Assembly (NCBI GenBank): GCA_965365345.1
Contig: CBDUBH010000005.1
Coordinates: 913 to 64,912, forward strand
Direction: 5' to 3'
Length of the DNA stretch: 64,000 bases
Source of the DNA: an uncultured Melioribacteraceae bacterium
GTDB lineage: Bacteria; Bacteroidota; Ignavibacteria; Ignavibacteriales; SURF-24
In this document: piece by piece, positions 1-10,539 of the stretch
How the letters are laid out: each line of letters starts with the position of its first letter
Numbering within the stretch: position 1 is the first letter of the stretch
Notes under the pieces: model-generated
Seen by the model: only the letters and a program-made list of their open reading frames with translations
Told to the model about the DNA's origin: nothing
Database searches by the model: none
Made by a program: the position numbers and the translations under genes

Positions 1-1
1 C

Positions 2-988
2 CATTTCTCCGTGAGTCAATGTTGGACCATCTTCCACTACTAAAACTTTTTTACCTACAATTACTGAAGGATCATCAACAAATAAAGGAGAAGCGCCATC
101 AATAATTTTTGCTTTTGGATTTACTTTTTTGATGTTGTTTCTAACTTCTAAAATGTTTTTAGCATCTGCTGAATCAATTTTATTTATGATTGCAACATCA
201 GCTAATCTTAATGAAGTATTTCCGGGATAATAAGTTAATTCGTGTCCCGGTCTATGAGGATCAACAACTGTGAAAATGATATCTGCTTTGTAAAAAGGCA
301 TATCGTTATTTCCGCCATCCCAAAGTATAACATCTGCTTCTTTTTCTGCTTCTCTTAAGATTGCTTCGTAATCAACACCAGCATAGATAACACCGCCTAA
401 AGCGATATGTGGTTCGTATTCTTCAATTTCTTCAATTGTACATTCGTGAGTTTTCAAATCTTCCAATGAAGCAAATCTTTGAACTTTTTGTTTTACAAGA
501 TCGCCATAAGGCATAGGATGACGGATAGCAACTACTTTTTTACCTGCTTTGCGTAAAGTTTCAACTATCTTTCTTGAAGTTTGAGATTTTCCGCAACCGG
601 TTCTTACAGCTAAAACCGCAACTACCGGTTTTGTACTTTTAACCATTGTTTCATCGGCACCCAAAAGTCTGAATGAAATGCCTGCAGCGTTTACGATTGA
701 TGCTTTGGTCATTACATAATTGAAAGGAACATCAGAGTAAGCGAATACAACTTCATGAACATCTAGTTCTTTTATTAGTTGTTCTAATTTTTCTTCTTCA
801 TAAATTTTAATTCCTTTTGGATAAAGTTTTCCGGCTAATTCAGCAGGATAAACTCTGCCATCGATATTAGGAATTTGGGTTGCAGTAAAAGCAACAACGT
901 TGTAATCTTCATTATCTCTGAAGTAAACATTGAAATTATGAAAATCGCGACCTGCGGCTCCCATAATTAAGACATTTTTGCGTGCCAT
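2..988 (-). CDS. COG2403-type P-loop NTPase (cyclic 2,3-diphosphoglycerate synthetase-like / arginine synthetase ArcE-like); runs off the window start
   Basis: Not in the ORF track; translated by hand from the ATG at 988: MARKNVLIMGAAGRDFHNFNVYFRDN..., P-loop variant AVRTGCGKSQ, RHPMPYGDL, WDGGNND, EDGPTLTHG. GGAG RBS upstream. Confidence 0.8.
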   Translation of the reverse strand, partial: MARKNVLIMGAAGRDFHNFNVYFRDNEDYNVVAFTATQIPNIDGRVYPAELAGKLYPKGIKIYEEEKLEQLIKELDVHEVVFAYSDVPFNYVMTKASIVNAAGISFRLLGADETMVKSTKPVVAVLAVRTGCGKSQTSRKIVETLRKAGKKVVAIRHPMPYGDLVKQKVQRFASLEDLKTHECTIEEIEEYEPHIALGGVIYAGVDYEAILREAEKEADVILWDGGNNDMPFYKADIIFTVVDPHRPGHELTYYPGNTSLRLADVAIINKIDSADAKNILEVRNNIKKVNPKAKIIDGASPLFVDDPSVIVGKKVLVVEDGPTLTHGEM

Positions 989-1014
989 AAAACTAGCTCC
1001 ATTTTTTATATTGT

Positions 1015-2847
1015 TTATTCAACTGTAACGCTTTTTGCCAGATTACGCGGCATATCCACGTTCAATCCTTTCTTAACAGCTACGTGGTAAGAAAGTAACT
1101 GAAGCGGAATAACCGATAAGATCGGCATTAGCATTCTTATTGTGTTCGGTATTTTAATAGAATAATCAACAAAAGAATCTATTTCTTTATCATCTTCTGT
1201 TGCAATTGCAATTATTTTTCCTTTACGCGCTTTAACTTCCTGAATATTGCTCAAAATTTTATCGTATGTTGAATCTTTTGGAGCAATAATTACAGCGGGC
1301 ATATTTTCATCGATCAAAGCTATCGGTCCATGTTTCATTTCTGCTGCCGGATAACCTTCAGCATGAATGTATGAAATCTCTTTTAATTTTAATGCGCCTT
1401 CGAGTGCTACCGGAAAATTATAACCTCTTCCCAAGTACAAGAAATTCCTTGCATCAACAAATTCTTCAGCAATTTTTTCAATCTCATCATTCAATTTTAA
1501 GATCTGCTGAATTTTTCCCGGAAGAGCTTCCATTTCTTTTACAATGTTTTTACCATCTGCTAAACTCATTCTTTTTCTTCTGGCAATCAAAAGAGTGATA
1601 AGAGCAAGAACTGTTAACTGTGCAGTAAATGCTTTTGTTGAGGCAACCCCGATTTCAGGACCTGCGTGAATGTAAACTCCTGTGTGACTTTCGCGTGCAA
1701 TTGCACTGCCAACAACGTTACAAATTCCAACACAAAGTGCGCCTTTTCTTTTGGCTTCTTTCAATGCTGCCAAAGTATCTGCAGTTTCACCGCTTTGTGA
1801 AATAAAAATAATTGTATCATCGGGATTTATAATTGGATTTCTGTAGCGGAATTCCGAAGCGTATTCAACTTCAACAGGAATTTCTGCAAATTGTTCAAGC
1901 ATATATTCGCCTACTAATCCGGCATGCCATGATGTTCCGCAGGCAGTTATAATTATTCTTTTTGAATTTGCAATTTTTTCTACAAATCCGCTTAATCCAC
2001 CGAGTTTTGAAGTCCCTTCATCAAAAATCAATCTTCCGCGCATTGCGTTTTTGATTGATTCAGGTTGTTCCATAATTTCTTTAAGCATGAAATGCGGATA
2101 TCCGCCTTTGCTTATTTCATCAAGTTTAAGAGTAACTTCCTGAATTTCTTTTTGAATTTCGTTATCTTCAACATCTTTTGCAATGAATTTATCTTTATAA
2201 ACTTCGGCAACTTCGCCATCTTCAAGGTAAACTACCTGATGTGTGTGTGCAATTAATGCGCTGACATCTGATGCGATAAAATTTTCATCATCGCCAACAC
2301 CAATTACAAGCGGTGAGCCGTTTTTTGCAACAACTAATTTATCGGGCTCTTTAGAGTACATTACTACCAAACCGTAAGTACCTTCAACTTCGTTTAACGC
2401 TGCTCTTACTGATTTGAAAAGCGGAAATCCTTTTTTCAAAAAACTATCTATGAGATGAGCCAAAACTTCTGTATCGGTATCGCTTTTGAAAATATATCCT
2501 TCCTGGATTAATGCTTCTTTAAGAGGGGAAAAATTTTCAATAATTCCATTATGAATAAGTACAAGAGAATTATTTGTATTTGAATGAGGATGAGCATTTA
2601 CTTCATTCGGAATTCCGTGAGTTGCCCAACGGGTATGACCAATACCGATTGTTGCGGTAATGTTTTCAGTTTCAATTTTTTTCTGAAGTTCGGCAACCTT
2701 ACCAACACTTTTAACAATTTTTGTAGAATTGTTTTGAATTACACCAATCCCTGCAGAGTCGTACCCTCTGTATTCCAACCTTTTCAACCCGCCTATTATT
2801 ATAGGTGTGCAGTTGTTACTTCCTATGTAGCCAACGATACCACACAT
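1015..2847 (-). CDS. glmS: Glutamine--fructose-6-phosphate aminotransferase
   Basis: MCGIVG N-terminal nucleophile Cys, GHTRWATHG, SQSGETADT, C-terminal PRNLAKSVTVE; 610 aa. Confidence 0.98.
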   Translation of the reverse strand: MCGIVGYIGSNNCTPIIIGGLKRLEYRGYDSAGIGVIQNNSTKIVKSVGKVAELQKKIETENITATIGIGHTRWATHGIPNEVNAHPHSNTNNSLVLIHNGIIENFSPLKEALIQEGYIFKSDTDTEVLAHLIDSFLKKGFPLFKSVRAALNEVEGTYGLVVMYSKEPDKLVVAKNGSPLVIGVGDDENFIASDVSALIAHTHQVVYLEDGEVAEVYKDKFIAKDVEDNEIQKEIQEVTLKLDEISKGGYPHFMLKEIMEQPESIKNAMRGRLIFDEGTSKLGGLSGFVEKIANSKRIIITACGTSWHAGLVGEYMLEQFAEIPVEVEYASEFRYRNPIINPDDTIIFISQSGETADTLAALKEAKRKGALCVGICNVVGSAIARESHTGVYIHAGPEIGVASTKAFTAQLTVLALITLLIARRKRMSLADGKNIVKEMEALPGKIQQILKLNDEIEKIAEEFVDARNFLYLGRGYNFPVALEGALKLKEISYIHAEGYPAAEMKHGPIALIDENMPAVIIAPKDSTYDKILSNIQEVKARKGKIIAIATEDDKEIDSFVDYSIKIPNTIRMLMPILSVIPLQLLSYHVAVKKGLNVDMPRNLAKSVTVE

Positions 2848-3578
2848 AGTAGTCTTCTCCTTATGTTTAAAAATAAAAATCGTAAAAATATAACAGAGGC
2901 TAACTCTAAAGGAAGATTAAAGATCCGGGCAATGACGGAGTAACATCGGATTTAATTTTTGAAAATAAAAAATATTTACTCTTAAATAATACATTACTTT
3001 GATATTTATATTCTTTATTTTGTAAAAGAGATAATTTTTAGTTTCCCAAATTTGACAAAAATAAAATAAATTTGCAAGTGAATTCGATTTTTGATCCACA
3101 ATACAGATCAAAATTAAAATTCAAAGCAATCCTTTTACAAGCCGTTACTAAACATTTTAAATTATCTAAATCGCGGCAGAATATAAACCGTGCCCTTTAA
3201 TTCTTCCTATCTAACACAAGTGTTGATCTTAACCAACAACTTTAAAAGCCCCTATCATTAAATATTAATTAAACTTTATGAAATTTCACAACAATTTTTT
3301 GAAATATTTTACAGCAAATTAAAAAGAAATTTCTGTAATTCCCTTTTAATGCTTTTTCCTTATTTACTCATCCCTCAATAATTTTCTATATTCGCAAATT
3401 TAATTGCATAAATTAAGGGTGAAAATTCATTCCCTTTAAATATTTGAGTACGGGCAATTTTCGGAAAGTAAATTTAGGAGTATTTAAATATTCAATTAAA
3501 TTTATAAGGAAAAATTTCAAAACAAAATTTTGTTTTTAAAGAATAGAATTAAAAGACAAAGCAAATACATTTTGAGAA

Positions 3579-4577
3579 TTATTTTTTGCCGGAAAAGAAT
3601 TTTATAATTCCCCAAAATGTTCCAGCAGCGTAGGCAAAGTGCATCAATGAAACAGCAAAAATGAATAAAAATCCTGTGATGAAATTTTTCTTTATTATAA
3701 TTTCAACAGAAAGAAAAATTAAAACCGAAAAGTAAATTGCAGGTAAAAGTAACGCTAAGAATGTTGAACCGCTTAAAAATAACATCATAAAAAAAAGAAA
3801 AATTACACTCAACCAAAAAATTAATGGAACAGCTTTACGGATTGCAACAAAACTTTTCTGCTTTTTTAAAATGGCTCCGCGCCAAAATCCGTAATTAAAA
3901 AATTGTTTGAATAATGAAGCAGGGGTTTCACGCACGTTGTAATCGCATTTTAAATTCGATGAAAGATAAACTTTAAATCCGGATTTATTTAATCTGTGAT
4001 TTAATTCATCATCATGATCATGCACCAAAGATTCATCATACATTCCAATCTGGTCAAAAGTTTCACGTAAAAAAATCGGGAAACATGCGGCTTTTGCGTA
4101 ACCGTCGTAATCAGGGAAACGGTGAATAGCATTTCCGACACCGACCGGATGACTCATCGCCTCAGCAACGGCTTTACCAAAATTTGACTTTCCAATACTT
4201 CTTATCGGCCCGCCAACACAAACAATTTTTTCATTCTTTTGAAAATATATTATTCCATCTTTTATATATTCCGGATGATATTTTGAATGAGCGCCTAAAA
4301 TTGCAACGTATTTCCCTTTTGCATTTTTGATGCCTAAATTCAGAGCCACAGGAGTAATTTTTTTTTCGTTATCAATAATTTTTACGTTAGAATATTTGCC
4401 GGAAAATGATTTTAAAATTTCGCGGGTACCATCATTGCTCATTCCGTCAACAACAATAATTTCAATTGCATCTTTCCCAATTGATTGATTCAGAACAGAA
4501 TTGATACACTCCTCAATGGTTTTAATTTCATTGCGGCAAGGAATAACTACCGAAACTTCCGGGAATAATCCGTTCAA
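3579..4577 (-). CDS. GT2 glycosyltransferase (ExoA-like) with C-terminal membrane helices
   Basis: VSVVIPCRNE, VVDGMSNDGT, ALNLGI, DDELNHRL; hydrophobic C-terminus. Confidence 0.88.
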   Translation of the reverse strand: MNGLFPEVSVVIPCRNEIKTIEECINSVLNQSIGKDAIEIIVVDGMSNDGTREILKSFSGKYSNVKIIDNEKKITPVALNLGIKNAKGKYVAILGAHSKYHPEYIKDGIIYFQKNEKIVCVGGPIRSIGKSNFGKAVAEAMSHPVGVGNAIHRFPDYDGYAKAACFPIFLRETFDQIGMYDESLVHDHDDELNHRLNKSGFKVYLSSNLKCDYNVRETPASLFKQFFNYGFWRGAILKKQKSFVAIRKAVPLIFWLSVIFLFFMMLFLSGSTFLALLLPAIYFSVLIFLSVEIIIKKNFITGFLFIFAVSLMHFAYAAGTFWGIIKFFSGKK

Positions 4578-5695
4578 TTGAAATCCTGGTTTTTATTAAT
4601 GATTGAATTATAAAGATCTATCATTTGCCGCACGTTATTTTTGAAATCAAAAAATTTAATAACATGATCCTTTGCATTTGTGCGTAACTTCATTTGAAGA
4701 TCTCTATCATAAATAATTGGAACTATTTTTTGTGCAATGCAAATCGTATTATAAATATTGACTGAAATCCCGTTTACTTCATTTTCAACGATCTCTGAAT
4801 TTCCTTTTTGGTCTGACGCTATAACAATATTTCCCGCAGCCATTGCCTCTAAAAGTGCAACGCCAAATCCTTCATTATAAAGCGAAAGATAAACATCAAT
4901 ATTTTCAAGAAAATTATCTATTCCGGTTTCATCCAATTTTCCGGCAAATTCTATTTCATTTTGAAGCCCAAGAGAATCGGCATAATCTTGCAGAAATTCT
5001 TTTTGACTTCCCTCACCTGCAATTTTCAAAATAAATTTTTTATTTTTTTCAATCTTCTTTAAATGGAATAATACATCAATCGCTAGTTTTATATTACTGT
5101 TTTTTTCAAGATTTTTAACTGTACCTAATATTATTTGTTTTTTATTATTTAAGGAGTAAAATTCTTTAGGCACAAATCTATCCGGATCAATACCGAAGCC
5201 GATCACATTAACTTTTTTATCCGTATATTTTTCTGCTTCTGCGGCAAGGATTTTACCTGATGCTGAAATTGTCAAACTTCTTTTAAAAACAAATTTTAAA
5301 ATATTTTTGAAGATGAAATTTTTTTGAGGAAATTTCATCACATCGGTTCCCCAAACTGATACAACAAAATTCTTATGATTTAAAATTGCCCCCAATAATC
5401 CGTAACTGCTTGCGTAATGCGCATGAACAATATCAGGATCAAATTCTTTTAATACTTTTTTTAATGTAAGCAAAGATGAAAAATAAATTATTTTCGAAAT
5501 TGAAAAAGAATGAATGTTTGAAATTTTATTATTCAATCCGGAAAAAGCAAATTTTACATTTTTAAGATTTTCATAAATTTCGGAATTTCCGTTATTCATT
5601 CCGAATAAGAAAACTTTAATTCCTTTTTGCGAAAGTGCTCTAACCCATTTTAAAGTATGAATAGAAGAAGGATCGGCAAGCAGCAATATTTTCAT
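4574..5695 (-). CDS. GT4 (GT-B) glycosyltransferase
   Basis: PDIVHAHYASSYG, SVWGTDV, EGFGVALLEAMAAG (ExxxxxxxE motif). Confidence 0.9.
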   Translation of the reverse strand: MKILLLADPSSIHTLKWVRALSQKGIKVFLFGMNNGNSEIYENLKNVKFAFSGLNNKISNIHSFSISKIIYFSSLLTLKKVLKEFDPDIVHAHYASSYGLLGAILNHKNFVVSVWGTDVMKFPQKNFIFKNILKFVFKRSLTISASGKILAAEAEKYTDKKVNVIGFGIDPDRFVPKEFYSLNNKKQIILGTVKNLEKNSNIKLAIDVLFHLKKIEKNKKFILKIAGEGSQKEFLQDYADSLGLQNEIEFAGKLDETGIDNFLENIDVYLSLYNEGFGVALLEAMAAGNIVIASDQKGNSEIVENEVNGISVNIYNTICIAQKIVPIIYDRDLQMKLRTNAKDHVIKFFDFKNNVRQMIDLYNSIINKNQDFN

Positions 5696-5698
5696 CTG

Positions 5699-7111
5699 TT
5701 AATTTACTTTTGATACTTTCAAATCTTTGTTCTGATATAAATATATCAATACTGCAAAGCAAATCCAAAAAGGAAGATCGCGCGTGATAAATCCGTAAGT
5801 TAATATTCCGTTGCCTTCAAATAACCCCCTAATTAAGAGTCCGGTTACGATTCCCGTTACTGTTACTGCAATTTTATAATACAAAGGATTATTTTTATAT
5901 TGATATATTACGGCTTTTGCAAAATAGAAAAAAGTTAAGTGCAAAAGAAACGCAGCTAAAAAACCCAATATTCCCATATCTGCCGTAAGCTGTAAAAAAA
6001 GATTGGCCGCATAACCGGTTCCGTTAACTTCTGCCATATATCTGATTTGAGTTTCGTTCCAACTTCCAAATTCGATAGGTAAATATTTATATAAATAATA
6101 TCTGAATGAGCCCGGGCCAATGCCAAAAATAGGTTGATCTTTTATAATTCCAACGGCAATCTCCCAAAGTGAGTATCGGGTATTTTCAAGCGCCCTTCCG
6201 GTTCTAAAATATAGATTTATAAAATTTAAAACAGGTTCATAAAATAAAGCAAATATCAAAGCTGAAAATGAAATCATAGTAATCAGAATTTTCTTCAAAA
6301 TATTTTTATTCAGCTTATACAAAATGAAAAATATACTTACTGCAACGCCCAATATTGAAGCCCGTGAATTGTTAATTGCTAAAGCGGTAAATTGCACAAC
6401 CAATAAAAATCCAACTACTAAAAAACTTTTTTGTGATGCAGAAAATAACTTGTAAATATTGATGGAAATTGAAACGATGAGTAAAATCGCTACAGCATTT
6501 ATACTTTCATAAAAACCGCCCGTCCTTAAAATAAAATCTGCATTTGTAACGGTATTTTGCTGCGCTTGAAAAAATGTAAGTATTATTGAAATACTTGCTA
6601 AAACTCCTGCAATAAATAATGCATTAAGATAATTTAATAAATCCGATTTTAATTCAATCAAAGAATAAAAAATATAGACCAACCAGAAAAAAATAATTTG
6701 TTTTATCGTTTGATTGAATCCTATTAAAACATATTCAGAAAAAATTGAGGAGATCAACATTCCCGTTAATAAAAGTATAACAAATACCGTTAAACTTTTT
6801 GGAATTTGAGGATATTTATTGAATTCGAATCCGTATTTTTTTATGAATTGAAATCCTAAAAAAGAAAAAATAATTATGTTTGAAATTATCCTGATACTCG
6901 GATTAAGATCACTAACCAAAACAAGCAAAGCGATTATCGAAATATAAATTAATATTTCTTTTTTTAGTAATAGTAAAATTATACCCGCGGCAAGTAAAGC
7001 AATTATTAAAAAAATTTTTTCTATGAAAAAAGTTACCAAAATCAAAAATATTGCAGAAAGTAAAATCAGTGAGTTTTTTTGTTCATATTTTTCAATTACA
7101 GAATTCAACAT
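5699..7111 (-). CDS. O-antigen ligase/polymerase (Wzy_C) family membrane protein
   Basis: Many TM helices; SRASILG, R..LW..A, PIFGIGPG, xxNLFLQLTADMGILG. Confidence 0.82.
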   Translation of the reverse strand: MLNSVIEKYEQKNSLILLSAIFLILVTFFIEKIFLIIALLAAGIILLLLKKEILIYISIIALLVLVSDLNPSIRIISNIIIFSFLGFQFIKKYGFEFNKYPQIPKSLTVFVILLLTGMLISSIFSEYVLIGFNQTIKQIIFFWLVYIFYSLIELKSDLLNYLNALFIAGVLASISIILTFFQAQQNTVTNADFILRTGGFYESINAVAILLIVSISINIYKLFSASQKSFLVVGFLLVVQFTALAINNSRASILGVAVSIFFILYKLNKNILKKILITMISFSALIFALFYEPVLNFINLYFRTGRALENTRYSLWEIAVGIIKDQPIFGIGPGSFRYYLYKYLPIEFGSWNETQIRYMAEVNGTGYAANLFLQLTADMGILGFLAAFLLHLTFFYFAKAVIYQYKNNPLYYKIAVTVTGIVTGLLIRGLFEGNGILTYGFITRDLPFWICFAVLIYLYQNKDLKVSKVN

Positions 7112-7113
7112 AA

Positions 7114-8193
7114 CTATTTTTCCAGCGCATGCGTAAACTGTTTTGCTTTTATGATTTTCAGAAAAGATTTTAATGATGAATAAATTTCATTCACTGTAAT
7201 TTCATTTAAACATCTGAAATTATTGCAGCCTTTTCTTCCTCCATCTTTTGAACAAATTTTTTGATTTTCGCTGGGAGAACAAGATATTCCTTTTAAATAT
7301 TTATAATGAAATTCATTTTCCGGGAAAGTGTAATTTGGATTTGTGGGACCGTAAATTGTGAAAGTCGGTTTTCCCAAAGCGCGTGCAATATGTGCAGGAC
7401 CGGAATCGTTTCCAAAAAATATTAAACTTTTTTCAATGTAATAAAAAAGCTGTTCAAGATTTTCGGCCTGAACAAAATTAATTTTTTCTTGTAATAATTT
7501 TTCTTTTAGAAATTCTAAATTCTCTTTGAAAATAAAAATGGGATTATATTTGTCTTTTATTTTTTTTGCTAGTGAAATGAAATTTTCAATTCCCCACTCT
7601 TTTGCTTTCCAGCCGGCAAAAGGGTCAATAAGAATTAAATCGCTGTTATTGATTTTTGTTTTAAAATAGTTTGCATCAATTATAAATTTTTGATCTTTTT
7701 CTGAAACAACATCCACATACATTTCCGGTAAGTTTGGTTCTTTTCTTTTCGAAATAGTTTTTGTGTAAAGCTTATTGAAAGGATAATTTTCAAATCCTGA
7801 TATATCAATTCCTTTAAACTTGTAAATCATCGAAGCTGTTTGTATTGTTCCGGTTATATCATAAATTTTTACTGGATTTACGAATTTTATTTTTTTGATG
7901 ATATTTTTTTTTGCAAATCTTTTTTTACGAAAATCATTTAATGGAATTTGAATAAAATTAATATTGCTAAAAAATTTCTCGTATATGATTTTACTTTCGG
8001 GAAAACAAAAAACGACAAGATTATTTTGATATTTATTTACTAAAATTTCAATTGCTGGAATTGTAAAAACCGTATCGCCGAGTTTATGAAAAGATAAAAT
8101 GGCTACACTATTTGACGGACATGATTTTTTAGCAAAAAATCTTGCAATCGAAAAATAAATCAAAATAATTTTTTGAACCGAAGCTTTTATCAT
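7114..8193 (-). CDS. GT9 heptosyltransferase-family glycosyltransferase
   Basis: LGDTVFTIPAI, KEWG, GNDSGPAHIARALGKPTFTIYGPT. Confidence 0.9.
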   Translation of the reverse strand: MIKASVQKIILIYFSIARFFAKKSCPSNSVAILSFHKLGDTVFTIPAIEILVNKYQNNLVVFCFPESKIIYEKFFSNINFIQIPLNDFRKKRFAKKNIIKKIKFVNPVKIYDITGTIQTASMIYKFKGIDISGFENYPFNKLYTKTISKRKEPNLPEMYVDVVSEKDQKFIIDANYFKTKINNSDLILIDPFAGWKAKEWGIENFISLAKKIKDKYNPIFIFKENLEFLKEKLLQEKINFVQAENLEQLFYYIEKSLIFFGNDSGPAHIARALGKPTFTIYGPTNPNYTFPENEFHYKYLKGISCSPSENQKICSKDGGRKGCNNFRCLNEITVNEIYSSLKSFLKIIKAKQFTHALEK

Positions 8194-8244
8194 TGTGTTT
8201 AATTATTTTATTCATTAAAAATATACGGAAGTTTTTAATTTATT

Positions 8245-8272
8245 GGAACCTTATTTAATTTAAAACGTCTAA
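8245..8272 (+). promoter_or_regulatory. Putative ECF sigma promoter for the M13 peptidase
   Basis: GGAAC-N16-CGTCTAA about 30 nt upstream of the ATG at 8303. Confidence 0.5.
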
Positions 8273-8302
8273 AAAATATTCTCAATATTTAACCGGAGCG
8301 TT

Positions 8303-10345
8303 ATGAAAAATATTTTAGTAACCTTTCTTATCTCTGCTTTTGTTTTTACCGCACTTTTAAATAATTCGTTTGCCGGAGACAAAAAGAAAAAAGTTAAAGG
8401 ATTTGATACTGATCAATTAGATAGATCAGTTAATCCCGCACATGATTTTTATCAATTTGCTGTAGGAAACTGGTTGAAAAGCAACCCGGTTCCACAAGAA
8501 TACAGCCGCTGGGGTTCATTTGAAGTTTTGGCTGAACAAAATTTTGCATCATTAAAAAACATTCTTGAAAATGCTGCAAAAGAAAATGCTAAAAAAGGAA
8601 CCATTACGCAAAAAGTCGGTGATTTTTACAAAAGCGGAATGGATACTGTAACAATTGAAGAACAAAGTTATCAACCTATCAAACCTTTTATTGAAAAAAT
8701 TAATTCGATTAAAAATAAAAGTGAAGTAATTGATCAGGTTGCATATTTTCATTCAACAATTGCAAATCCATTTTTCTTTTTCTTTGCCGATGCTGATGCT
8801 AAGAACAGCGAAATGGTTGTAGCTCAATTATATCAAGCCGGATTGGGTCTTCCTGAAAGAGAATACTATTTTGCAGCTGATGACCGTTCTCAAAATTTGA
8901 GATCAAAATATTCAGAACATGTTTCTAAAATGTTTATGCTTGCGGGTTATTCTGAAAGTGAAGCAAAAAATAATGCTCAAACTATTTTGGATTTGGAAAC
9001 TAAATTAGCAAAAGTTTCTATGACCAAACTTGATCTTCGCGATCCAAATAAAACTTATAATAAAATGACTTTGGATGAACTTCAGAAACTTTCTCCAAAT
9101 TTTGATTGGAAAAATTTCTTTACCGGAATCGGTTTGGAAAATCCGGGTGATATAATTGTCGGACAGCCTGAATTTTTCAAAGGTATAAGTAATTTTATAA
9201 ATGAAGAAAAATTAGAAGATCTTAAAACCTATCTTACTTGGAATTTGATCAGATCATCTGCAAAATATTTAAGTTCTGATTTTGTAAATGAAAATTTTGA
9301 TTTTTACGGAAAAACTTTAACCGGATCACAAACAATTCAACCAAGATGGAAAAGAATTTTACAATCAACAAACGGTGTTCTTGGTGAAGCATTGGGCGAA
9401 CTTTACGTAAAAGAAAACTTTCCTCCTGCTGCAAAAGAAAAAGCTAATGAATTAGTAAAAAATCTTATTAAAGCAATGGAAGTTAGAATTAAAGATCTTG
9501 AATGGATGACCGATGAAACAAAGAAACAAGCATTGGAAAAACTTTCAGCTTTTACAGTTAAAATAGGTTACCCTGATAAATGGAAAGATTATTCTACACT
9601 TGAAATTACACCGGATTCCTATTTTACGAATATGGTTAATTACGGTAAGTTTGAAATGAAAAAAACGATTGCTAAAGTTGGTAAACCAGTTGATAAAACT
9701 GAATGGTATATGCCTCCGCAAACAGTAAACGCATACTATAATCCAACCAGCAATGAAATAGTTTTTCCTGCTGGAATTTTACAGCCCCCATTTTTTAATG
9801 CTAATGCAGATGATGCAGTAAATTACGGCGGAATTGGTGCAGTTATTGGTCATGAAATTACTCATGGATTTGATGATATGGGCAGACAATTTGATGCAAA
9901 AGGAAATATCAGAGATTGGTGGACAGCAGAAGATAATGAAAAATTTAACGCAAGAGCCAAAGCAATTATTGATCAGTATGAAGAATTTAAACCTATTGAT
10001 ACATTGAGCATTAACGGTTCACTCACTCAAGGTGAAAATATTGCTGATCTTGGCGGATTAAGCGTTGCGCTTACTGCTTATAAAATGACTGATGAATACA
10101 AAAAAGGAAAAGAAATTGACGGATTTACTTCTGTGCAAAGATTCTTTTTAGGCTGGGCACAAGTCTGGAAAAATAATATCCGCGATGAAAATCTTGTTTT
10201 AAGAATTAATACAGATCCCCACTCACCCGGGAAATACAGAGTTCTAGGACCGCTTGTAAACATGCCTGAATTTTATGAAGCATTTGGCGTGAAAGATGGC
10301 GATCCGATGAAACGTCCTGAAAATAAAAGAGTAAAAATCTGGTAA
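8303..10345 (+). CDS. Secreted M13 family (PepO/neprilysin-like) metallopeptidase
   Basis: Signal peptide, VNAYY, GHEITHGFDD zinc motif, GENIADLGG, DPHSP. Confidence 0.95.
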   Translation: MKNILVTFLISAFVFTALLNNSFAGDKKKKVKGFDTDQLDRSVNPAHDFYQFAVGNWLKSNPVPQEYSRWGSFEVLAEQNFASLKNILENAAKENAKKGTITQKVGDFYKSGMDTVTIEEQSYQPIKPFIEKINSIKNKSEVIDQVAYFHSTIANPFFFFFADADAKNSEMVVAQLYQAGLGLPEREYYFAADDRSQNLRSKYSEHVSKMFMLAGYSESEAKNNAQTILDLETKLAKVSMTKLDLRDPNKTYNKMTLDELQKLSPNFDWKNFFTGIGLENPGDIIVGQPEFFKGISNFINEEKLEDLKTYLTWNLIRSSAKYLSSDFVNENFDFYGKTLTGSQTIQPRWKRILQSTNGVLGEALGELYVKENFPPAAKEKANELVKNLIKAMEVRIKDLEWMTDETKKQALEKLSAFTVKIGYPDKWKDYSTLEITPDSYFTNMVNYGKFEMKKTIAKVGKPVDKTEWYMPPQTVNAYYNPTSNEIVFPAGILQPPFFNANADDAVNYGGIGAVIGHEITHGFDDMGRQFDAKGNIRDWWTAEDNEKFNARAKAIIDQYEEFKPIDTLSINGSLTQGENIADLGGLSVALTAYKMTDEYKKGKEIDGFTSVQRFFLGWAQVWKNNIRDENLVLRINTDPHSPGKYRVLGPLVNMPEFYEAFGVKDGDPMKRPENKRVKIW

Positions 10346-10388
10346 TCACATTTTCATAATTTTGAATCAAATATTTTTAGAATAATTT

Positions 10389-10416
10389 AAGCGGCTTTAT
10401 TTAAAGCCGCTTTTTT
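10389..10416 (+). terminator. Rho-independent terminator
   Basis: aagcggcttta-tt-taaagccgctt hairpin followed by a T tract after the M13 gene. Confidence 0.8.
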
Positions 10417-10539
10417 AATTTAAAGAAATTCAAAATATTGATTTACTATTTTATGAAATTTTTCGTTAAGTTTTTGTTTCTTTGGACTAATAAGATCTAT
10501 TTTGGTATTTTTGATTTTCATATAAAAACGGTTCCATAA

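Noticed and set aside
2848-3300. glmS ribozyme
   Set aside because: Core consensus not found on the minus strand by eye; the 64-aa ORF at 2917-3111 also looks like AT-rich noise.
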